The notes below the pieces were generated by a model, which was given only the letters and a program-made list of their open reading frames with translations, did not search any database and was not told the DNA's origin. A stretch of 64,000 nt of DNA from Chthonomonadales bacterium. GTDB lineage: Bacteria > Armatimonadota > Chthonomonadetes > Chthonomonadales > CAJBBX01. The first letter of the stretch is position 1; each line of letters begins with the position of its first letter. The stretch covers positions 19,171-83,170 of the forward strand of contig DATIKM010000046.1 of the NCBI GenBank assembly GCA_035477595.1, written 5' to 3'. Shown here piece by piece: positions 9,693 to 18,057 of this stretch. The position numbers and the translations under genes were made by a program.

Positions 9693-10859
9693 TCAGGCGG
9701 CGGGTGCGCCCACGCGCTCCAGGAACCCACGCAGCGGCTCGATCATCTTCTCCTGCTCCACCAGGAAGGCGTCGTGGCCATACTCGGAGTCCATCTCCCA
9801 ATAGGCGGAGTCGATGCCGAGCGCGGTGAGCCGCCGGTGCATCTCCTGGATGTGGTGCGGATAGAAGAGGATGTCGCTGCGGATGCCGATGAGTAGGACA
9901 CGCGCTCGGATCCGCTCGTAGGCGGCCCCAAGCGAGCCGTGGCCGCGGCTGATGTCGTGCAGGTCGATGGCCCTGCTGATGTAGAGGTAGGAGTTCGCGT
10001 CGAACCGGCGCACGAGCTTCTCGCCCTCGTCGTGCAGGTAGCGCTCCACGTCGAAGCGGGCGTGGAGGTCGTGCTCGATGGACGACTTCTCCATGGCTGG
10101 TTTGCGGGCGAACATGCTCTGCATAATCGGGTCGGAGAGGTAGGTGATGGTGCCGATCATGCGGGCGAGCGCCAGCCCGTCGCGCGGCCCGGCCTCGCCG
10201 TAGTAAGCCCCCTTCTTCCACCCGGGGTCGAGCATGATGGCGCGGCGCATGCACTCATTGAACGCGATGATCTGGGCAGTGCTGCGCGCGCAGGACGCGA
10301 TGGGGCAGGTGGCCTCCACCATGTCCGGGTACGTGACGGCCCAGTCGAGCGCCTGCATCCCGCCCATCGAGCCGCCGACGACCAGGTGGACCCGTTGCAC
10401 TCCCAGATGGCGCAGCAGACGGCGCTGCACGCGCACCATGTCGCGCACCGTGACGATGGGGAAGCTCAGGCCGTAGGGCTTCCCGGTGCGGGGATCGATG
10501 GAGGAGGGGCCCGTGGAGCCACGGCACCCGCCCAGCACGTTCGGCGCGACCACGAAGAGGTGATCCGTGTCCAGCACCTTGCCCGGGCCGATGAGCGGGT
10601 CCCAGTATCCGGCGTACTTGCTGTCGGGCTGATAGCGGCCCGCAGCGTGGGAGCTGCCGGTGAGGCCGTGGACCACCAGGACGCAGTTCGTGCCTGACGC
10701 GTTCAGTTCGCCGTAGGTCTCGTAGCAGACGTCAACGCGCGGGAGGGCCTGGCCGTTCTCGAGGACGAAGGGCTCCTCTTGCGACGCGAAGGACCACATC
10801 TTCCGCTCAACGATGCCGACGGAGTTCTGTGCGCTGGTGGAGAGGATCGCCTCGGCCAT
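9693..10859 (-). CDS. metX: homoserine O-acetyltransferase
   Basis: VLVVHGLTGSSHAAG, YWDPLIGPGKVLDTD..FVV.PNVLGGCRGSTGPSS and GGSMGGMQAL are classic MetX alpha/beta-hydrolase blocks. Confidence 0.9.
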   Translation of the reverse strand: MAEAILSTSAQNSVGIVERKMWSFASQEEPFVLENGQALPRVDVCYETYGELNASGTNCVLVVHGLTGSSHAAGRYQPDSKYAGYWDPLIGPGKVLDTDHLFVVAPNVLGGCRGSTGPSSIDPRTGKPYGLSFPIVTVRDMVRVQRRLLRHLGVQRVHLVVGGSMGGMQALDWAVTYPDMVEATCPIASCARSTAQIIAFNECMRRAIMLDPGWKKGAYYGEAGPRDGLALARMIGTITYLSDPIMQSMFARKPAMEKSSIEHDLHARFDVERYLHDEGEKLVRRFDANSYLYISRAIDLHDISRGHGSLGAAYERIRARVLLIGIRSDILFYPHHIQEMHRRLTALGIDSAYWEMDSEYGHDAFLVEQEKMIEPLRGFLERVGAPAA

Positions 10860-10860
10860 G

Positions 10861-11127
10861 CTAGAGCGCCCACTCCTGTGTGCCGTCGAAGCCGATCGTG
10901 CTCAGTTCGATGCCGATCTCACCGAGCCAGGCGATGCCTCGCTCGAGCGCCTCCTTCTCGCCGGTCAGCTCGAGGTAGATGAAGCCGCCGTCGGTCGGGC
11001 TGAAGTCGGCGGCGCGAACGTTGGGCACAAGGCCGAACCGGGTGACGAGCTGATAGAGCACCGGCTCGCGGACCCGCTCGGCCGGGTAGTTAAGCTGCAC
11101 GCGGATGGTGTCGGTCTCGCTGGGCAT
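10861..11127 (-). CDS. stand-alone NIL (ferredoxin-fold, MetN C-terminal-like) domain protein
   Basis: ATG at 11127 has an AAGGAG SD. The 88-aa product is MPSETDTIRVQLNYPAERVREPVLYQLVTRFGLVPNVRAADFSPTDGGFIYLELTGEKEALERGIAWL. Its stop is 1 nt from the metX start. The rest of track ORF 10861..11298 is the shadow of the tRNA. Confidence 0.7.
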   Translation of the reverse strand: MPSETDTIRVQLNYPAERVREPVLYQLVTRFGLVPNVRAADFSPTDGGFIYLELTGEKEALERGIAWLGEIGIELSTIGFDGTQEWAL

Positions 11128-11187
11128 GGCGGCGCTCCTTGCGGGTCGCGGCGCATCACGGCAGGGGCGGGGCGGACTGGCTCTCAG

Positions 11188-11217
11188 TTGACTCTGCCTT
11201 CGCAGCGCCTCTATAAT
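11188..11217 (+). promoter_or_regulatory. sigma70-like promoter for tRNA-Pro (TTGACT-N18-TATAAT)
   Basis: TTGACT at 11188-11193 and TATAAT at 11212-11217. The tRNA 5' end is 13 nt downstream of the -10 box. Confidence 0.65.
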
Positions 11218-11229
11218 ACCGGTTGCGAT

Positions 11230-11303
11230 CGGGGTGTAGCGCAGCCAGGTAGCGCTCTCGCTTTGGGAGCGAGCGGTCGCCGGTTCGAATCCGGCCACCC
11301 CGA
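11230..11303 (+). tRNA. tRNA-Pro (anticodon TGG)
   Basis: Hand-folded cloverleaf: acceptor CGGGGTG/CACCCCG, D stem GCGC/GCGC, anticodon stem CTCGC/GCGAG with loop TTTGGGA, variable loop CGGTC, T arm GCCGG-TTCGAAT-CCGGC, discriminator A. CCA is not encoded. Confidence 0.9.
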
Positions 11304-11348
11304 CGCCTCTCCTCTACGCCGCTCGCGCGCCCGCAACCTGGAGCCGCC

Positions 11349-13748
11349 ATGCCCCGCAATGCCCTGCCGCTCGCCGCCGCCTTGCTGGCGCTGTCCATCG
11401 CCGCCGCCGATGCTGCCCCGCCCACGAGAGGAACGCCCATGCGGCTGTGGTACCGGCAGCCCGCCCGCGACTGGAACGAGGCGCTGCCCATCGGTAACGG
11501 GCGCCTCGGCGCCATGGTCTTTGGGACCGTCCCGGAGGAGCGCCTTCAGCTCAACGAGGACACGCTCTGGTCGGGCGTGCCCCACGACTACACGGTCGAG
11601 GGCGCCTCGGCCCACCTGCCCGAGGTGCGGCGGCTCCTCTATGCCGGCCGCGAGGGCGAAGCCACAGCACTGGCTGACCGGCAGATGCTTGGCAGCCCGC
11701 GGTTCCAGCAGGCCTATCAGCCGCTCGGCGACCTTCGCATCGCCTTCCCAGACCACGCGGGGCCTACCGGCTACGTTCGCGAGCTGGACATCGCCCAGGG
11801 CCTCGCCCGTGTGCGCTACGAATCCGGCGGCGTGCTCCATTCCCGGACCGCCCTCTCGTCGGCGCCCGACCAGGTGCTGGCCGTCCGCCTCGAGAGTGCG
11901 CGCGCAGGCGGGCTGAGCTTCGACGCCTCCCTCTCCTCCCCGCACCGGAACGCAATCCGGCCCGAAGGAGCGGCCACCATCGAGATGGCGGGCCAGTGGG
12001 TGGGCGACGGCGAGACACGCGGCCTCCAGGCAGGCGTGAGAGGCGAGGGCATCCGCTTCACGACGGTGCTTCGCGCGGTGCTGGAGGGTGGCGGCTCGGT
12101 GACGAGCGAGGGGAACGTTCTGCGCGTGCGCGGCGCGACCCGTGCGACGCTCTTGCTGGCGGCGGCAACCAGCTTCCGCAACTTCCGCGACATCTCGGGT
12201 GAGCCGGGACCCGTCGCCCGCGCGCGGGTGTCGTCGGCCGCACGCCGCACGTGGGCAAGCCTGCTCGCACGCCACACAGCGGACGTGGGCCGGCTGATGG
12301 GCCGGGTGGCCCTCGACCTCGGCGGGCATGACGCCGACCAGCGTTCGACCGACGAGCGACTTGCGGCGGTCCGCGCAGGCGGCAGCGACCGGGCCCTCTG
12401 CGCGCTCCTCTTCCAGTTCGGACGCTACCTCCTTGTCTCGAGCAGCCGTCCCGGAACGCAGCCCGCCAACCTCCAAGGCATCTGGAACCAGTACATGGTC
12501 CCGCCATGGGGCAGCAAGTGGACCGTCAACATCAATACGCAGATGAACTACTGGCCCGCCGAGTCCACCAACCTGGCGGAGAGCCATACGCCCCTCTTCG
12601 ACCTGCTGGACGATCTCGCGGTGACCGGCGCTCGAACCGCGCGCGCGTTCTACGACGCCCGCGGTTGGGTAGTGCACCACAACGCCGACCTGTGGCGGGG
12701 GACGGCGCCGGTCGACGGCGTGTGGGGCGTATGGCCGATGGGCGCGGCCTGGCTCTCGCGGCACCCGTGGGAGGCCTATCTCTTCTCAGGCGACCGGGAG
12801 TTCCTGCGCCGGCGCGCCTGGCCGCTCATGAAGGGCGCGGCGCGGTTCGTGCTGGACTTCCTCACCGAGGCGCCCCCCGGCACCCCTGTGGCAGGCCGGC
12901 TGGTCACTACCCCGTCGCACTCGCCTGAGAACTCCTTCCGTAAGCCGGACGGATCCGTCTCGATGTTCACCTACGCGGCGACGATGGACCTGTTCATTGT
13001 GCGCGACCTGCTGAGCAACTGCCTGGCGGCGATCGACGCGCTGCCGACGGCGGAGCGGCGGGCCGAGGCGCCCCTTCGCGCCGAGATCGAGCGGGCGCTC
13101 GAGCGGCTGGCGCCGGTGCAGATCAGCCCGCGCGATGGCCGGCTGCAGGAGTGGATAGAGGACTACGACGAGCCGGAGCCGGGCCATCGGCACATGTCGC
13201 ACCTCTACGGGTTGCACCCGGCTGCGCAGATCACCGTGCGCGGCACGCCGGAGCTGGCGGCGGCGGCGCGCAGGAGTCTCGATCGCCGGCTGGCGCACGG
13301 GGGCGGCGGCACCGGCTGGAGCCGGTCGTGGCTGGTCAACTTCTTCGCGCGGCTCGAGGACGGCACGGAGGCGCACCGGCACCTGGAGCTCGTGTTGCGG
13401 CACTCCACGCTGCCGAACCTGTTCGGCACCCACCCGCCCTTCCAGATCGACGGCAACTTCGGCACGACAGCGGGCGTGGCGGAGATGCTGCTCCAGAGCC
13501 ACGCTGGCGAAGTGCACCTATTGCCGGCTCTGCCTCCCGCGTGGGCGGATGGCAGCGTCAGGGGCCTGCGGGCGCGCGGCGGCTTCGAGGTGGACATCGA
13601 GTGGCGTGCCGGCAGGCTGGTCTCCGCGACGGTACGCGCGCGGCCGGGCGTCGGCGCGTGTCGGGTCCGGTGGGGCGACCGCGTGGTGGAGGTCCGGCCG
13701 CAGCGAGGCCGCCCGGCGCGGCTGACGGCGGCGAGCTTCGCGCGCTGA
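11349..13748 (+). CDS. glycoside hydrolase family 95 (alpha-L-fucosidase / alpha-L-galactosidase type), secreted
   Basis: Signal peptide [22 protein letters not shown]. Blocks [36 protein letters not shown] and [14 protein letters not shown]. Paralogous to 2791..5223. Confidence 0.85.
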   Translation: MPRNALPLAAALLALSIAAADAAPPTRGTPMRLWYRQPARDWNEALPIGNGRLGAMVFGTVPEERLQLNEDTLWSGVPHDYTVEGASAHLPEVRRLLYAGREGEATALADRQMLGSPRFQQAYQPLGDLRIAFPDHAGPTGYVRELDIAQGLARVRYESGGVLHSRTALSSAPDQVLAVRLESARAGGLSFDASLSSPHRNAIRPEGAATIEMAGQWVGDGETRGLQAGVRGEGIRFTTVLRAVLEGGGSVTSEGNVLRVRGATRATLLLAAATSFRNFRDISGEPGPVARARVSSAARRTWASLLARHTADVGRLMGRVALDLGGHDADQRSTDERLAAVRAGGSDRALCALLFQFGRYLLVSSSRPGTQPANLQGIWNQYMVPPWGSKWTVNINTQMNYWPAESTNLAESHTPLFDLLDDLAVTGARTARAFYDARGWVVHHNADLWRGTAPVDGVWGVWPMGAAWLSRHPWEAYLFSGDREFLRRRAWPLMKGAARFVLDFLTEAPPGTPVAGRLVTTPSHSPENSFRKPDGSVSMFTYAATMDLFIVRDLLSNCLAAIDALPTAERRAEAPLRAEIERALERLAPVQISPRDGRLQEWIEDYDEPEPGHRHMSHLYGLHPAAQITVRGTPELAAAARRSLDRRLAHGGGGTGWSRSWLVNFFARLEDGTEAHRHLELVLRHSTLPNLFGTHPPFQIDGNFGTTAGVAEMLLQSHAGEVHLLPALPPAWADGSVRGLRARGGFEVDIEWRAGRLVSATVRARPGVGACRVRWGDRVVEVRPQRGRPARLTAASFAR

Positions 13749-13920
13749 ACTGCGCGGCCCGGAGGGGGTGAGCACCTGAGGCGACCGGGTGGCCGCCTTC
13801 CGCGCGGCAGCCCGGCAGTGCGCGCCCGGGGAGCACGTCCTGCCCACGCAGTATAGTGGCGCGCGCATCGAGCGGGCCTCCGCCAGCCGCTCCCGAACCT
13901 GCATGTGAGAGGAGCCTGTT

Positions 13921-14964
13921 ATGGCAGTTCCGCCCATCGTCCGCGACCTGTCGACGGACGACCTAATCGTGGTGACCGGCGCCGGGGGCTTCATCGGAGG
14001 CGCCCTGGTGCGGTACTTCCACGAGGCCGGCTACAGCCGGATCCGCGCCATTGACCGCAAGCCGCTGCCCGACTGGTACCAGCGCACGCCCGGGGTGGAG
14101 TGCCTCTGCCTCGACCTGCGCCGGGAGGAGAGCGCGCTCAGGGCGGCGGAGGGCGCGGTCGAGGTGTACAACCTGGCCGCCGACATGGGGGGCATGGGCT
14201 TCATCGAGCGGTTCCGGGTGGAGTGCCTCCGGAGCATCCTCATCAACACGCACCTTCTGGAAGCGTCCCACCGCGCCGGGGTGCGCCGCTACTTCTTCTC
14301 CTCTTCGGCATGCGCCTACAACACCGAACTGCAGAAGGACCCTGCGTGCCGCGCGCTGAAGGAATCGGACGCCTATCCGGCAATGGCCGAGCGCGGCTAC
14401 GGCTGGGAGAAACTAGTCAGCGAGATGTTCTGCGAGGAGTACTGGGCGGAGCGTGGGCTCGAGACCCACATTGCGCGGCTCCACAACGTCTTCGGCCCCC
14501 ATGGAACGTGGTTCGGCGGGCGGGAAAAGGCGCCGGCGGCCATGTGTCGGAAGGCCATCGAGGCCATCGACACCGGCCACCACGAGATCGATATCTGGGG
14601 CAACGGCACGCAGACGCGCAGCTTCTGCTACATCGACGACTGCCTGCTGGGCATCGACGCCATCATGCACTGCGACCGGCTGATCGCCAAGCCGGTCAAC
14701 CTCGGGTCCAGCGAACTGGTCTCTATCAACGAACTGGTGACGATGGTGGAGCAGATCGCCGGGGTCGCGCTGCGCCGCACGTACGATCCGGACGCGCCGA
14801 TGGGTGTGGCAGGGCGCAACAGCGACAACGCCTTCATCCGCAGCGTGCTCGGATGGGAGCCATCGACGCCGTTGCGGACCGGTATGGAGAGGACCTACGC
14901 ATGGATCGAGCAGCAGTACCGGGACCGCAAGGCCGGGAAGCGCGTGGTAGAGGAGAAGTGGTAG
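13921..14964 (+). CDS. gme: GDP-mannose 3,5-epimerase (SDR superfamily)
   Basis: VTGAGGFIGG Rossmann motif, then NLAADMGGMGFI, SSACAYN, ESDAYPA..E.GYGWEKL, HNVFGPHGTWFGGREKAPAAMCRKA, IWGNGTQTRSF and GVAGRNSDN. These are near-collinear with plant and bacterial GME as I remember them. Confidence 0.85.
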   Translation: MAVPPIVRDLSTDDLIVVTGAGGFIGGALVRYFHEAGYSRIRAIDRKPLPDWYQRTPGVECLCLDLRREESALRAAEGAVEVYNLAADMGGMGFIERFRVECLRSILINTHLLEASHRAGVRRYFFSSSACAYNTELQKDPACRALKESDAYPAMAERGYGWEKLVSEMFCEEYWAERGLETHIARLHNVFGPHGTWFGGREKAPAAMCRKAIEAIDTGHHEIDIWGNGTQTRSFCYIDDCLLGIDAIMHCDRLIAKPVNLGSSELVSINELVTMVEQIAGVALRRTYDPDAPMGVAGRNSDNAFIRSVLGWEPSTPLRTGMERTYAWIEQQYRDRKAGKRVVEEKW

Positions 14965-15767
14965 GCATCGAGGCGCGGCTACGCGCGGTGATCGGCGCGG
15001 TGCCCTACCGGCTGGCGCTTGCGGGCGGCTGGATCGACCAGCCGTTCGTCTCGCGGCGCAACCCGGAGCCGCCGGGCTCGATGGTGGTGGTCAACCTGCG
15101 GCCCTGCCTCCGCTACATGGACCGCGCCGGGCTTGCCGCCGGCACGCGCCGGATCGCACGCGCGCTCTGGGACGGCGCAGTGCCCGCGGGTGAGCCCAGT
15201 GCGCTGGTGCGCGAGCTCTACGCGGCCGAGAACACCGGCAAGGCGGAGCCCTCCGGCTCGCAGGACATGATCGGCCTCATCTACCCCGGCATCAGCCGCC
15301 TGGACTACCGCGCCGACCATGAGAGCGGGCTCTTCCCCGCACACATCGAGACCGAGAACCGGCCGGCGGTGGTCGCCTGGCTCGAGGGCGTGCTCCACCT
15401 CCTGCCCATCTGCGCCCGGCCGGACGGCTACAACCCGCTCGGCGAGAAGCGGCTAGACCCGGCCTGGATCGCGCGCCTCGGCCGGACGGGTCGCGAATGC
15501 TTCGACGCCATCCAGGCCCGGGACGTGACGGCGCTGGGCGCCTCGCTGAACGCGTGCATGCAGTGCTGGCAGGTCATCCTGCCGCACACCGTGCACCACC
15601 CCACCCTTACGGTCGACCTCAAGGCGCTCCTCAGTGCCTACCAGGCCGAGTACCCCGGAGCGATGTACTCCGGATGCGGCGGCGGGTACCTGATCGTGGC
15701 ATCGGAGCAACCCGTGCCTGGTGCTCTCCGGATCCGCGTGCGCGCCGCCCAGGAGGGGGCCGCGTGA
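14958..15767 (+). CDS. GHMP-kinase-like protein (fucokinase / HddA-like), short, with degenerate phosphate-binding motif
   Basis: The GTG start at 14958 overlaps the gme stop (GTGGTAG). It has VPYRLALAGGWIDQPF (like the P.RI.LAGGWTD N-motif), GSQDMIG (like GWQDQ) and a C-terminal SGCGGGYLIVA (GHMP motif III). The PxGSGLGSS position reads DRAGLAAGT. Confidence 0.55.
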   Translation: MVGIEARLRAVIGAVPYRLALAGGWIDQPFVSRRNPEPPGSMVVVNLRPCLRYMDRAGLAAGTRRIARALWDGAVPAGEPSALVRELYAAENTGKAEPSGSQDMIGLIYPGISRLDYRADHESGLFPAHIETENRPAVVAWLEGVLHLLPICARPDGYNPLGEKRLDPAWIARLGRTGRECFDAIQARDVTALGASLNACMQCWQVILPHTVHHPTLTVDLKALLSAYQAEYPGAMYSGCGGGYLIVASEQPVPGALRIRVRAAQEGAA

Positions 15768-16588
15768 GCGTGGCGCTGGTCGCAGGGGCGTTCGACGACC
15801 TGCGCTCGCGCGACGTGCGGTTCCTGCAGGAGGCGGCTCGGCTCGGCGAGGTGAGCGTGCTCCTCTGGTCGGACGAGCGCGTGCGGGCTGCAACCGGCGC
15901 CCCGCCGCGCTTTGGGTACGATGAGCGGCGCTACCTCGTTGGCGCGCTCCGCTGGGTGCGGCACGCCCATCCGTACGGGGACGACCACGGACCGGACGCG
16001 CTGCCCGACATCTCCCTGGAGGTGCTGAAGCCGGACGTGTGGGTCGTACGCGCTGAGGAGGACACGCCTGGCAGACGGGCCTTCTGTCGTGCGCGCGGGG
16101 TCGCCTACCACGTCCTGGACGACGCCTGCCTTGCCGGCTTCCCGGCGCGACCGGCAGAGGCGGTATCCGAGCCCGATCGACCCCGCGTCGTCGTGACCGG
16201 CTGCTTCGACTGGTTCCACTCCGGGCACGTCCGCTTCCTGGAGGAGGCGGCGACGCACGGCGAGCTCCACGCGATCGTGGGCCATGACGCCAACATCCGC
16301 CTGCTGAAGGGCGAGGGCCACCCGCTCTTCCCGGAGGAGGAGCGCTGCTATATGGTGGACTCGGTGCGCCACGTGCACCGCGCTCACACCTCCACGGGCC
16401 ACGGGTGGATTGACGCTGCGCCCGAGATCGAGCGCCTGCGGCCGGCGTTCTACGTGGTGAACGAGGACGGCGACAGACCGGAGAAGCGGGCCTTCTGCGC
16501 CGAGCGCAGCATCGGTTACGTGGTTCTCGAGCGGGAGCCCAAGGAGGGCCTGCCCTCGCGCCGCAGCACCGATCTGCGCGGTTACTAG
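15764..16588 (+). CDS. tandem cytidylyltransferase-fold protein (TagD / RfaE-II / ECT-like); the N-terminal copy lacks HxGH
   Basis: The GTG start at 15764 overlaps the upstream TGA (GTGA). The C-terminal half has VVVTGCFDWFHSGHVRFLEEAATHGE...RSTDLR. The N-terminal half has the homologous VALVAGAFDDLRSRDVRFLQEAARLGE without HxGH. Confidence 0.7.
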   Translation: MSVALVAGAFDDLRSRDVRFLQEAARLGEVSVLLWSDERVRAATGAPPRFGYDERRYLVGALRWVRHAHPYGDDHGPDALPDISLEVLKPDVWVVRAEEDTPGRRAFCRARGVAYHVLDDACLAGFPARPAEAVSEPDRPRVVVTGCFDWFHSGHVRFLEEAATHGELHAIVGHDANIRLLKGEGHPLFPEEERCYMVDSVRHVHRAHTSTGHGWIDAAPEIERLRPAFYVVNEDGDRPEKRAFCAERSIGYVVLEREPKEGLPSRRSTDLRGY

Positions 16589-16616
16589 CGCCGCCCGCCC
16601 CGAGGAGTCCGCGCAG

Positions 16617-17882
16617 ATGGTCGATCCTGCCGCTCATCCGCTCATCCGGCTCGAGGGCGCAGTCCAGCACTACGCGTGGGGCGGCAACCGCTTCCTGCCC
16701 GACCTGCTTGGCAGGCCCAACCCTGACGGGCGGCCGTGGGCGGAGCTGTGGCTGGGGGCGCATCCGTCGGCGCCGGCTCTCGCCGTTCTGGGCGAGGGGT
16801 CGGAGCGGCTGGACCGTCTGGTTGCGGGCGACCCGCGTCGGGTGCTGGGTCCCCGCGCCGCGGCGATGCTCGACGGCCGGCTCCCCTACCTGCTCAAAGT
16901 GCTGGACGCGCGGCGGATGCTCTCCCTTCAAGCGCACCCCTCGCGCGCTCAGGCCGCCGAGGGCTGGGCTCGCGAGAACGCCGCCGGCGTGCCGCTCGAC
17001 GCACCCCAACGCTGCTACCGCGACGACAACCACAAACCCGAGGTCCACGTCGCGCTCACGGACTTCTGGATGCTTCACGGCTTCCGGCCGCTGGAGGCGG
17101 TCGCCAGCGAGATGCGGCGCACGCCCGAGGTGGGCGCGCTGATGCCGGAGTTCGGCGAGCGGCTGCGCGCGGCGCGGGGGCCAGCGGAGCGACGGTCGCT
17201 CCTGCGCGACCTTTATGCACGCGTGATGGGCATGCCGCAGGAGCGGGTGGACGCGCTCCTCGGCTCGCTGCTCGCCCGCACGCGCGCCGAGGTGGGCGAC
17301 CCGGACGCGCGGGGGCACTGGGCCCTGCGGGCCGCTGAGGAGTACGCATTGCCCGGCGGACGCCGCGATCGGGGCATCTTCTCGATCTACCTGCTGAACC
17401 TCGTCCGGCTGCGGCCAGGCGAGGGCACCTACCAGCCTGCGGGCACGCTCCACGCCTACCTCAAGGGCGCCAACGTGGAGATGATGGCCAGCTCGGACAA
17501 CGTGTTGCGCGGAGGGCTGACGCCCAAGCACGTCGACGCGCCGGAGTTGCTGCGCACCCTGGACTTTGGCGATGGCGAACCGGAAGTGCTTCGGGGAGAG
17601 CCAGCGGGCGGCGGCGAGCGCGTCTACCGCACCGCGGCTGAGGAGTTCGAGCTGAGCCGCATCGAGCTGGCGCCCGGTGCGATGCGCCACCTGCGCGCCG
17701 AGGCTGGGCCGGACTCCCTCATCGTGGTCGAGGGAGCTGCGGAGGCGCGATCCGGCGCGGTCGCCCTCCCGCTGCCCCGCGGCACTGCGCTCTTCGTGCC
17801 CCACGGGGTAGCCTACTCCCTTGGGGCGGGCAGCGCGCCTGCTGTCCTCTTCCGCGGCGCCGTGCCACTACCGCGTGCCTGA
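16617..17882 (+). CDS. manA: mannose-6-phosphate isomerase, class I
   Basis: VQHYAWGG, ELWLGAHP, LPYLLKVLDA...LSLQAHP, YRDDNHKPE and HAYLKGANVEMMASSDNVLRGGLTPKHVD are type I PMI hallmarks. Confidence 0.85.
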   Translation: MVDPAAHPLIRLEGAVQHYAWGGNRFLPDLLGRPNPDGRPWAELWLGAHPSAPALAVLGEGSERLDRLVAGDPRRVLGPRAAAMLDGRLPYLLKVLDARRMLSLQAHPSRAQAAEGWARENAAGVPLDAPQRCYRDDNHKPEVHVALTDFWMLHGFRPLEAVASEMRRTPEVGALMPEFGERLRAARGPAERRSLLRDLYARVMGMPQERVDALLGSLLARTRAEVGDPDARGHWALRAAEEYALPGGRRDRGIFSIYLLNLVRLRPGEGTYQPAGTLHAYLKGANVEMMASSDNVLRGGLTPKHVDAPELLRTLDFGDGEPEVLRGEPAGGGERVYRTAAEEFELSRIELAPGAMRHLRAEAGPDSLIVVEGAAEARSGAVALPLPRGTALFVPHGVAYSLGAGSAPAVLFRGAVPLPRA

Positions 17883-18000
17883 CCGCCGCTCGCGGAGGCC
17901 GTCATCGCGGCGGGCGACGGCAGCGACCGGGGGGGGTGGCGGACCGGCAGGAGCGGCGGCGCCGTCGCCCTTCGGCGCGAGGCGCGGGCTCGCTCCTGTC

Positions 18001-18009
18001 TGCTACAAT
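18001..18009 (+). promoter_or_regulatory. extended -10 promoter element (TGCTACAAT) upstream of the PFK gene
   Basis: TGnTACAAT lies 49 nt upstream of ATG 18058. No convincing -35 box. Confidence 0.4.
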
Positions 18010-18057
18010 GAGCGGGCGCGCAAGCCGTCGCCCGTATCTCAAGCGAACAGGGACAAG

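Noticed and set aside
11128-11298. N-terminal extension of ORF 10861..11298 ([11 protein letters not shown]...)
   Set aside because: GFEPAT is the reverse-strand translation of the tRNA T-arm and acceptor. The region is the tRNA-Pro gene and its promoter, and the NIL gene starts at 11127.
13852-13857. TATAGT box 64 nt upstream of gme as a promoter
   Set aside because: There is no TTG-type -35 at a 17-18 nt spacing and no TG extension. It is too weak to call on its own.
15453-17804. 783-aa minus-strand ORF across the kinase-like, cytidylyltransferase and manA genes
   Set aside because: It is a shadow ORF. It spans three independently recognisable + strand genes and one intergenic gap, and its sequence is Arg/Pro/Ala-rich with no motifs.
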